A stretch of DNA of 64,000 nt, taken from positions 12,834,001 to 12,898,000 of the forward strand of contig OZ210885.1 in assembly GCA_964658305.1 (NCBI GenBank), written 5' to 3'. This document shows, one piece after another, positions 1-12,100 of this stretch. How positions within the stretch are numbered: the stretch's first letter is position 1; each line of letters starts with the position of its first letter. Made by a program: the position numbers and the translations under genes. The DNA comes from Leptogorgia sarmentosa. Taxonomy: Eukaryota. The notes under the pieces are model-generated. The model was given only the letters and a program-made list of their open reading frames with translations. It was not told where the DNA came from and did not search any database.

Positions 1-123
1 AAGCAATCGCGTGAGTTTTCACAGACTGTAGTACAGGGAAATACAGTCTGTGACACAGGCTAGTTCAGCGCCGGAGAGGGACACAATTAAAAACAAAGAT
101 TTCACAAAATCGTCTAGGGTTAG

Positions 124-3100
124 ACATTATTGAAACATCAGTCTGACGAGTATCCATCATCCGTTGTAGGGCTGAAAGTGTATTGTGTATCTACCGGAGA
201 AAACCTGTCAACAAGTATTCCTGAGGAAGTCACGTCGCTGTGTACGACCAAAGATGGACAGTTCATTGCTACTGTTGGTCGTGTTGGATTATTTCCTGAC
301 AAGACTATCAAGTTGTGGAAAGCCGATACACTAAATTTTGAGGCCAGTTTGTTTGGCCATACAGCTTTGGTGAGATGTGTTGTCGCAACAGGTATGCAAT
401 ACTGTATGAGTTAATATTTAATCATAACATTTTGAAGATCTTACTTCAATAGAGTCTCTTCAAAATTATATTTGTTATTTCTTTCGGATAAACCATATTC
501 TTTATTATAAACTTCCTTTAAAAACACATTGGTTCAATAAAGCAAGGATTTGAGGGGAATATCATGTTTTGGAATAAATTTTCCCAATTATTGCACAAAA
601 ATACCAGATTGTTTTTTATTGTAAGTTACGTTCAGCGTTCTAATATTGTAAAATTAAAAATTATGCCTAGAAAAAAAGCAATTCCTTAATTCCTTCTTTC
701 CTTAAATGTTAGTCTGGTGGTAACCAGTGCTTTCATATGTACAAGCACTATTTTAGGACTTTCAAATTTTTAGGCTGGTTGTATTTGTATAAGCTAAGAG
801 TATTTAAAATGGCTATTAGATTTATCTATGCTAGCTTTCTAAAAATACTTTGAGACAATTTGCTTGTGTGTATATTTCAACTGATTACCCTGTGTCATAG
901 ACCTTAATGTATAAATTGTGATACTGTACAAGTAGATTCGAAAGACTTGGCATTTAGGGTATTGTATATTTTATTAGCGTTGAGACCTCTTGTAAGTAAT
1001 AATAGTGTGCCCTAAAAATAGAAGCAAGCTCTGAAACAAGGGCATAGGAATAAAGTTGTAGTTTGTGGGTGAGGAGAGGAGGGGGGGGGGGGGGAGGAAG
1101 AAAGAGAACAGAATCCAAACCTTTACTAATAAATGTTGCAACTTTAAATAAGTTTCAACTTTAACTTTCGATAACTTAGCAACAAGAAGACATGATATTT
1201 TTAGTTGGGAAAACTTATTACTGTATTTGCAACTTGCAATCAGCAACGCGGCATTTTGAAAAAAAAACATATAAAAGCTAGTGAATGATGGAATCCTACA
1301 AAATATTTTAGTACATTTGGGCAAATTCTCATGTCTATCAGAAAGCTGTACAAATCCTAGGCATGAAAGAAGGGCACTTTCGGAAAGTTAGGGGGGGGGC
1401 TCCTTCCAAGTGCCCCACCATCCTACGCCACTGCTCTAAAATGCATTTTATAGGGATACATCAATCAAGAACAATTCTAGCTGTTTCACATGTATCTAAT
1501 TAATGCACACGTATCGAATTGAACTACAATATATAATAGAATTCAATAACAGGAGAATGAATTGAATTGCAAGCTGACAACAGAATAAGACAGCATTTTA
1601 TACCATTTGTTTTTAACTTATGAAATTATATAGATAAAGTAACAAATGGAAACCAACATGAATGTTGTTTGTAAAGTAATATTGTTTTAGATATACTGTC
1701 CATTGCCAAGATATATAGCCAGGTTTCGTTTGACTTATCTTGTCCATCTTGACCTCAGACCCTCTTATTCCCACAGACAAAATTGATATAGTTAGACTGT
1801 TTTATAATTGTTGTGACAAACATTGTGCTGTACTGTTAGAACTTGGTAGGTTAATTGCTTGAATAAATGTGATAATAATTGAATTTAATCAGTCAATTCT
1901 CACAGCTACGTACTCAGTGACATGAAAGAGCACTTAGGTTAACAGTTAAGAGCAGTTAAACACAGTTATGTTCCCAATGATAAGTATGAATACATGTGCA
2001 AACTAGTAATGGTGAAATGCAGCAATGAAAATTTCCCATTGGGGTATGTACTACAGAGCACGTACTGGTCAGTACTGTTACACTCTGGTTTTGAGTAATT
2101 GCACCAACGCAGAGTTCTTACGATCTTTCATTAGACTTTTCCTTAACTTTACAGTACATAGTATGGATATAAGTAGAAATAGCAATTATAAATTTGGGTA
2201 CTCGAATATTTCCCCAGGAAAAAACGTTTTAGACTTTTCAGAAGCTAAACTTCGTTTTAACACTTATATTATCATATCGTGTTCACAGACCAACACACAC
2301 ACACACACACACACATACACACAAACAAACCAGGATGATTACATAACCTCCTTGCGGTGGTAATGAGCTTTAACATAATATGCAAAACTAACTGGAAGAA
2401 TGATGTTACTTTGCACAATTCATTCGTGATCATGACTGTTGTACTTGCCAGACGGTTCGGCCATATTTTGAGTATTTCAAGTTAATCCTGACACATTGGA
2501 ATTTTTTTTTTGCGTAAATTTCTCTTCAATATCCTAACGGTATTAACAAAATCAACTTTCTGTATATGGACGACTGCAAAATCCTGGACTTGCAGAATGC
2601 ATATATGAAAATCTCTCCTGCCAACGATCGAGTTATTGAATATATTTGGGATATCATGTACTTTGCTTTCCCTTGTTTTTTTGTGCCAGTTGGACTAAAG
2701 TGCGAAGTTTCTCGTTTAGATTCAGGAAAAAACAATCCAATGCTTGTGTCTGGTTCAGACGATAGAACAATGAAAATTTGGGATTTAAAAAAATATCAAG
2801 AAATTCGTACTCTTAAGGGTCATGGATTCTTTGTTACCAGTGTCGCTGTGAGCGATGATAAAAAGAATATTATCTCTGGAGACGCTAGAAGAAGTGTGAG
2901 GTTGTGGTGTTTCCACACTGGAAACTGCCTTTCCTGTTATGAAGGTCATACCGAATACATCAGGTGGGTTCACTCTAGCAGCTATATCTAATTTAGCGAA
3001 AGAATCGTTATGCGGGCAAGGCAACAACGAAAACCCAATACATAACATTAAGCTTAACATACAACACATTCTATTTTGTGTAATTGTATTAATTTATTAC

Positions 3101-6100
3101 GATATTTCACAGTCACACTTAGACGTACTGCTTCTTGACATCGGTTATTGATGAATTGAAAAGATAGCGAAGTTGAACTCCATGAAAGTAATTTTCAGTC
3201 ATCCATTTGTTCACAACGCTACAAGAATTTCTATTCATTACACTAATATACTAATTGACTTGTGGCTATAGTCGTGCTTATTTGCAATGGACGATTGGGC
3301 TTTAGAAAAATTTTAATGAGGGATAAACGTAGGAAATTCAGCGTATGACATCCAATGCAACATAATTTTACCTTTTGTACATCTATTATTATCCTATCTT
3401 GTATTGCTGCTTTCGTTGATTTTCTGCCGTACTGAACTCTACAATATGTCAATTGGCCTCCCGTTGATAACAGTGATTTTTATTACTGACGGGACTACCC
3501 TATGTAAATAAAGGTTTTATCTATCTATCTATCTTCTTAATTGTTGTCGACATAGTAATAGAACGATTTTTGCTAAAGATAAAGTGACCATAGATGTAGT
3601 TTTCATTTGCACTAACATTCGATGAATAGGACATATTTCCCAGATCATTTATGAATAAATTATACAGCATATTTTGATGATATGGGCTTCTTAAACTATC
3701 AATAGTCCGGCAGAGATCGTCTTTGCCATTTTTCGGTAGAAAAAATTATTGTTAGTAATAACCAATCAACTTGTAATATTTCAGCGGTGTTGCAATAATT
3801 CCCAAAGAAAAGAAGGTATTGACAGCGTCATGGGATGGAAGTATCAGGGTTTGGAACCTGGGAACTGCTGCGTACATGGAACAAAACAGTTTCTCTGATC
3901 ATTCAGATGACGTCACAGATATTACAATCGCTCGTGGTGACTCTAGATGTATTTCCGCATCTACAGATGGAACTTTCAAAGTTTGGAATCTTCACACACA
4001 GTGCTTTTCTTTCACAGGTATAGTTCAAATTGTCTATTTGGGCCAGCTTTCTCGTAAATAGGTTGCGGACGATCTCGTTTTCATTTCATTTCAGTAAACT
4101 CATTTTCATTTTACTAAATTCATATGAACCTAACCTCAACCTTGTTAATTTTTGTGCTTCAAGTACTGTACCATGTTCAAAAACTACTATTTTTACGTAG
4201 AACAAATTTACCTGGAAATTCAAATCTTGTAAAACTCGTGTATAATAAGCAAATCGGAATAGTTAATGAGAAACGTTCTTGTCTGCGCAACGCTCTGCAC
4301 TGATATGAAGACAGAAAACCGGTGGTTAAGTACAGTTGAATGGATAGCAGGCTTTCGTAGATTAATTAGGCCTACGTTAATTGCCTTTTGATTTGTATGC
4401 CTAAGATAATTACATGTAAAGAAAAGAATTACTTTGGCCAAATTCTGAAACTAATTCTTATAACCAATCGTAATTACAAAATTTCAACTAGTTTCATGCA
4501 GAATTACGATATAAACCTCGTTGAAAACAAAACAATAAGTGCTAAGATATTTTATATTTTGATATTTCGCTCGTGTTGTGTCTGTCATTGTCGTCTCTGT
4601 GTGCTTCAAATATTCCATATCTCTACACTATTCCTTGTATTCATTGATAAACAAATTACTTCATGCGCAGTTGGCTCGTTTGTTCAAATTTTATTATTTG
4701 CGAATCGTACACATCACTATTTGCATCATTGACGAAAGGGAAATGTTTTATGAGATTTGGGGACTCTCTAAGAGATACATAGAGATTGGCTACTTCACGG
4801 TTGGCGAGTGTATACAATTTTTATTTACCAATTGTGATGGATCGCTAAATACGATCTTAGCTCATACGATCGTGAGCTTAGCGATCTTAACGAGTAAATA
4901 ATAACGGTACAAACGAGCAACTGTGAAGTTATTTGTTTATTACAGGAGTATAAAGAAGACTGTAGAGATACGGAATATTTGATACTGACAGACAACAATG
5001 AGAAACACAACGTAAGCAAAATATCAAGATATAAAATTTCTCACCACTTATTGCAACGGTGATTTTTTGCCCTGAACAGTGGATAGATGCACACTCATTT
5101 CTCTTCTGGTTTGAAATATGTCAATACGAAGTCCCGGAATAGATTTAATGTGAAGTTACAGGGTTCCACATCAAGCGTGTCACGGTTGTTGTGCAGTTTC
5201 AGCGTGCGTTTCCACTTTCCAGTCCATTCTTTTGATAGTCTATGGTCTAGTCCATTAGAATAAGGTTCAATATGCATGCGACCACACTCCTAATATAAAT
5301 TCCGAAGTGTTCAGCGGACACTAAATAAGTGTAAATTTGCACAATTTTGGTGTGGCTAATTGGGTGAGAGGGCGCGAATATTCCTATATCGTGTTTTGCA
5401 TTGATTAACTTCTTTGAAAATAAATACAAACCAGATTTTTTTATGAAATTTATATAGCTATATTTAAAATATTGACAAATGATCCAGCATGTGGGAACAA
5501 TATTATATATTACATTACAATTTAAATTTGCATCTTAACTTTCACAATCCGCTAAATCGTATCACATTCTAATGTACTTTCTCACAATTCCTATAAATAT
5601 CTAAAGCATGGTAGTCTAGTAGTTCATCGTAATTTATTGCTACAAAGTTATTTATCAATGCAACGTCATATGAATGGAGGTGCTTGCGATAGCTCAATGT
5701 GTGCATTTTTTTACAAGTAAAAAATACATCTCCATTTGCAATATCGAATGCTGGTAGACAACTGCTGTGTAGGTTACGGATATAATAACATCAACAAGCA
5801 ACAAAAATTCTACTTACTACCTAAATGTTAGAAAACAAATTCACTGCCTATATCGTTCAGTTGGTGAGTAGAACTTTTGCTGCTTGTTAAAGTATCCAGC
5901 CATATTAGATACAGTATTTAATCCACTCTTCAAGATTTTTCTTTTCATTGTATATAAATCCTTAAATTGCAAAGATTTCTGCATTAATTTTAATAACGCG
6001 TCCAACCTGATCATTTGTGACTGTTACAGAAAATATCCTTTTGATGTTTACTTTAATTTCTGAATTGATTATTTTTTCCTTCCTCATTAATAGGTGACCT

Positions 6101-9100
6101 TGAATGGGCAAAACATGTTGCAGTCTCTGCTGATGATCGCCATGTCGTGTCGCTGTCAAAGGATGGGAATATCTTCGTGGACTCGACGAAGTCCTCGATA
6201 AAGGTGTAGTACACAAGCCTATACTAGTCATACTGTGCATATAAAAATACAAAACAATAGAAACATCCAAACACAAGAAATTTTTTGAATTGTCTGTTCC
6301 ACGTTTCGACTCGGCGTATTCATTATTAGGAATGTATACAATTTTTACAAAACATGGGTACATAAATGTGAAACGCATTAATAATTCATGAAGAAAACAA
6401 AGAGGAAATCGTCAGCGTGCAAGTGTCAGTATATGTAATACGCAGATTTCGGTTGACTGGCATAAACTAAAAGTCTATAACTTTGATTTTCTGATGCTAT
6501 ATGCCTATATCAGATGTGTTTTTAAAATTAAAGAAGGTTTGTATCAGACCCTAAAAATCGAAGGCATGAACTGGAAACTCTGGCTTAAACTGCACGACAT
6601 CCGCGTTTTGCGCTTTGTTTTGAAACCTGTAACTTCACATTTAATCCATTCCAGGACTTCGTACTGACATATTTTAAACCAGAACCGAAAGAAATGTACA
6701 TTTACATATAATATATAGTAAGAAAGCATAAGAATGACCGTTTGAAGTAGGTTATATTTTAATATTAAAAATAGTCTAGTAAAATTGTATATCAGTATAT
6801 GGATTATTATTGTTATTGTTATTTAATGACCTTGGATTTTGCAATCTTAAAGATTGAAATACATCCATAGGCATAACAGCATGGTTACCTATTACATATA
6901 TAAAATATCAGAGTATATGGTAAAAATATTAAAAACTAAAAATTCTAAAAAACTGTTGATTAAAACTAAGCGTTAGTACTAAAAGTTATTAAAACGTTCA
7001 ACAGAGGACGGAATAAAAGAGTTTTTGAGTACGAGCATTGAAGCATTGCCTTTCAATTTCATAAACAGCTTTAAATTTCGACAGATTCAGCAAGTTACTA
7101 ACTTACCATGTGTTATGGAATGGATTCTCATGCAAGATTTAAGACAAACTATGCATCAACTTCATTCAGACCTATATGATGACGGTTTCAGGTCAACGTA
7201 CTCATAACCCATGATAGATAATAATTGAAGTATGAATATGTGACCAGTGTAGGTAGCAGATGGCAACATGGACAACAAATAAAGGTCTACTCAATACCTA
7301 TAAGGGATATACAAATGGATTTGACGTATCCCGCAAAAGGGCCTCGTCGGGAATTAGTGTAACACACTATTCGATCCCACCGAAGGGCCTTTGCTCAAAA
7401 CGTAAAATCTGTTTATATAATTTAGGTAGTGAGTAGACTCTTTGCTGCCTGTTAATAAAGCCACTACCAACACAACTGAGTATTTTAAATACAACTTTTA
7501 TTTGTATTGTATGTAGTTAGATAATCTGGAAGCAGATTAACCCGATCGTAAAATACCCCCATTACTAAAATCCCCACCATGGAATTTGTCATCTGTACCG
7601 AAAAGACACTTACTATCTATTTTGTGTTGCTGGAAGACCCAGCAACAACTTACTGAATGCTGAAGTTCTGTCATGTACGAGTTTGCATTTTGGTGATGCG
7701 ACACACGATATATATTGTTCAACATCGGTATCTATAGATATGTATAATTGACATTTGATATAGTCCAATTAATATGAGGCTCGAGATAATCATGTATATA
7801 ATCGATGACTAGATGGGGCAAGAATCGTGGAAAAATTCATTGTGGACAACGCATGCATAAATAGTAATACTTGTCAACTGGTGAAAGAAATCATATTACA
7901 AACCCCCTCCGCTCGTGTAATGGAGGAGGTCTCATGCAGTTTACAATTTATAACGTTCCTGTAACGAGATGGTTGTTCACATGTAAGATTGCGCCATCCA
8001 CTGAATAACTACATTAGTGAACACACCAATTCCTGAGAAAGGACGTTTCATCGAAACGTTAAATCTGTTTCTATCGTTTAGGTGGCGAGCAAGACTGTTG
8101 CTCTTTGTTGAATTTCCTAAAACAATCCGTTTAAACTCTGACGCGAATAAAACTTAAATATTTTGAAGTTGAATATCCTGATTTATTATATGGACAGCGG
8201 TATTTTATTGGGAACTAAAACACTCGTATAACTCATACGCCACTACATCCGGGATACGATGCGCGTATTTTCCGTATGTCACGCTTAGGGGTGACATAAC
8301 CTTCCCGCCTTTTTCGCTGTTTACAAATGGCTTCTACTTCAAGGTTTGTGAATTTAAGCGAAGACGATATTAGTACGTTTTGCGAACAACAAAGCTACAA
8401 TACTACAATAAACTACAATAAAGCGGTATTTTATAATCTATATTTACTAAAGGCTAATTTTAAAGCCATTAATTGTCGTGTTTTAGACTGCATGTTTTCA
8501 TTAAAAGGGTAGTTGTTGTGTATTTGTGTCACTCTGAATAAGTCCATATAATAAACAGAACATTACACGGTTCGCTCGAAGATATGGATTTTATGTTCTC
8601 GTGGCAAGAACCATATCTTCTCGCAACCGTGTAATATCCTATATTTATCAATTGCCTGCTCCGTATCTGCGATTTTATACCTTCCCGAGCATTTTAACAA
8701 CGGTTGAAATATTTGCTAACAAGTATCTAGCCCTATCTGACTTTTCCACAATTGGCCACCGTTGCATGGCCGTTCCATTATTAGTCTAACGGACACTCCA
8801 ATAGACTCCTGAACTCAAGCAAACCAGTCAAACTTTCTGCACTAGCTTTATTCACGCGGTTGTATACATGCAGTTAAACTGTTAAATGCATAAATAAAGT
8901 ATGAAGACATAAATTCAACAAAATCATTACAAAGATTGTGTTACTGAGAGTAATGTGCTTTCCAGCCTTTATATCCACTGATCTCGTACTACCGGATTTA
9001 TCATCCTTTTGGATTCAGTGATTTCAGTCTGGAATTTTGAAGTTAGAAAATTTCTAATGAGATAAGATTATAAAATGAGTGACATTGATCGCAGTTTCAG

Positions 9101-12100
9101 TAAATCGCAACATTCATGGTCAGATTATAAAGAAAATGTCTTTTGCACTCTAAGACATACACAGAGCTGGTCATAACTTTTCTAGTGCTTTCTAGAACGT
9201 TTTAACAGCTTTGTAAAGAATCACACAGCGTACATCTTCGTGTGACCTCATTAGTTATTCACGGGCAAATTTAAAAGGAAAAAGACACAATTTTTCGAGG
9301 AAATTTATTCAGGCAATGTTTAATAAATATTTCAAGTAATAACCTAAAACTGCAGGAACTTCAAAAGCACCACAGTGGATTTTAGATGGTGTCACCAATA
9401 TGGGCACATTTTGTTCATTTATGCAATTCCGAAGCTTTGTCCAGTCATATTCTAGGTCTGTTCTTAATACGTATATCTCGAAAATTAAAACGTAAAACCT
9501 AATCTAGAACGTATTAACTAATTTGTTGTGCTCTATCCCAATCCTTAAAAACTGCATAACTTCCGGTTTATAATCGCTTTAAGTAGCACGCATAATATAA
9601 CTAATTAAACCTATTTACAAAGTCATTTGTAAGTCATGTGCGTGTTAGTTATTATATTCATAATTAGTTTTGCTAATATCAATGTAGTCACAAGTTTAAA
9701 GCGTTCCTTGCGTATCACACAGAAAAACGTTTCCTTTTATTTTCAAGGTGTGGAATTTGTCTGATGGCAGTGTGATCAATGAAATTGATAGCGATGGCAC
9801 ACCTGAGATTGTTCGCTTTAGTTCTGATGGGTTGCAAGTTATAACTGGATGCAAAGATAACCATGTGTTCATCTGGGACTGGCAAAAGCCTGATGCGTCT
9901 TTGAAAGAAGTCATTTTACCCGCGTCCTATACAGTGGAAATAGCATGCGATCGCAACATGATTTACACATGCAGCCGGGATATGCATACTTGTGAAATCA
10001 ATCTCGACTCACTACAAGTATCGACTGTTCGTCAAGGGTCGAGCGTCCCACCAGTAATATCACCCGACGGCAAAATAGTATTATTTGGGTCGCTTCAGAA
10101 TAGTGTGTTTTTCCACGGGAAACTGTCAACAAATAGTTGGGTCGACCATAATGCAGGTGGGTAAATGAAGGAATATTTGCATTGAAACTTCTAAATACTG
10201 TTAAGTCATTGATGCGAGTACAGGGTATTGTACTATCTTTATACACGCAAAATTTATGTTTGTGAAATATCCGTTTTAGTTGACAATATATTTCTCCGAA
10301 AAAAACAGTGCATTCAAATTACTATTGGATTCGATTTAAGAAATTGTTATGGCTTCACATGCTATTTTCTGATTACGAACAATACAATGATAACGGTTTC
10401 ATCGCGAGTATCTACAAGCTGATATGCATTATTTAGGTCGTGTTGCATGTAGAGAAAGAATACCAAAACTACAAGATTGCTGCGGTATATAGAAATCCTA
10501 TAGGATTTGCAGCACATCGTTGCTGCGGTGAATGTAAATCTCAATGCATTTTTAGCTGATCAAGAATTTTTTCCCGTCATCCTTTTCAATTTATTCGCAT
10601 TATATGTATATTTAATTTTGACCTTATCAAGATTAGTTCAGTTATCTCACTGTTTGGACCCCAAACAGCGGACCCCAACTACGAGACCCAATTCTGTAGT
10701 TCCAGTCATTTTTGACGCCAATATTGTATTTCCTGGGTTATCCTGCTGTTAAAAATGCGGGATCCAGTTAAAAATAAATTATCCATTCGACTGTCAGTGA
10801 TGACTTTCATCGTCTACGATTTCCATTATCGCGCAACTTATACCTTGATCCTAAAACTGCATTGTTCGTAAAACTGCATGATGACGATCTGCTACTGAAA
10901 ACAATGCGATCTTGGAAAAAAAGAAAAAACGTAATTGTCCCAATTGTTAAAGATCTGGGTGTAACAGAGTGTATTTGTCTGAACCTGCTCGTCATGCAAT
11001 AATTCACGACAAAACCAAGTATATAAAATTTTATATATAGACAAGATGGACTATTAGGACAGATTTTATATAAATTGGCTCCAAACCTATATTAAGAAGT
11101 ATTTCTTATTCCATGACATTATTTTCATTGAATATAAACATCTCAAACAAGTTTATGAATGCAAAACAATCCGGTTAACAATTGACGTGCAGTTGTCTTG
11201 GAAAAATAAACTGAAACTATTTGCCAAAAGGTAACAGCGTGAATCACTGCTGGCTAACCGTTTCTTTACCACAATATCCTTATATAACGCTATTGTTAGT
11301 CCGCACCGTAGCCAGAATTCGCGGACATTTCAGCCCGCGCAATCTTCCCAGCGGCTGTACGAACAATGTCCTCAGAATTCATCAATACCCCCCGATTTCC
11401 CTCAGCGTTTTCTCATCAAAATCAAAATGCCAAAAACAGCTGGTACTGAGAAACATAGTCCAACTGTCGAAACCATCTAAATCATCCGACTTTTTTCAAT
11501 ACGCATCTCTCCTCGTAAAGGATCTCAGCCATTCTGAATTTAAATTTTCACGCGTTGCTTTTTGGCAAAGCGCGTTTGCTGATGAATAGAGTCTCGGACT
11601 CAAGGCACATCTATAGGAAAAGGCTGCACCTCGGGAAAAATTCTTTCTCGCTCCACATTTTGGTACCAAACACGGCATAGTATGCATTTTACTCTTGGGA
11701 CATATTGGTGAACGATAAACTTCAGTTCAATACTAAACGTACACGATTGTTCCGATAACACAGTGGACTTTATGGACATGGTAACTTGAAAAAGCAGAGT
11801 GGCTATAGATCGCTAAAACATCCAAGATGATGAAACCTTGGTTGTCTAAGTATCCTGAAATTTGAATTTCAAGCTTATCTTTCCGAAAAATATGTTGTTC
11901 CCCCATCAAAATTATAAGTTTATTTCTTTGAGTATTACTCGCAAAAAGCGGAGCCCGGCGTAAAAGTTTATGGTAATTTGTGTTATTCACTGACTTGCTG
12001 TACTTACAAAATATTAATTGATATACTTGACAACTTCAAATGATTTTAAACGTTTTACTTCTTTCAGGTCACCCTGACGACTCGATAGTTACAGCAATTG

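Noticed and set aside
7517..7727. Candidate extra WD40 exon
   Set aside because: No suitable open frame with WD features; exon 6094-6203 already reconciles the phases.
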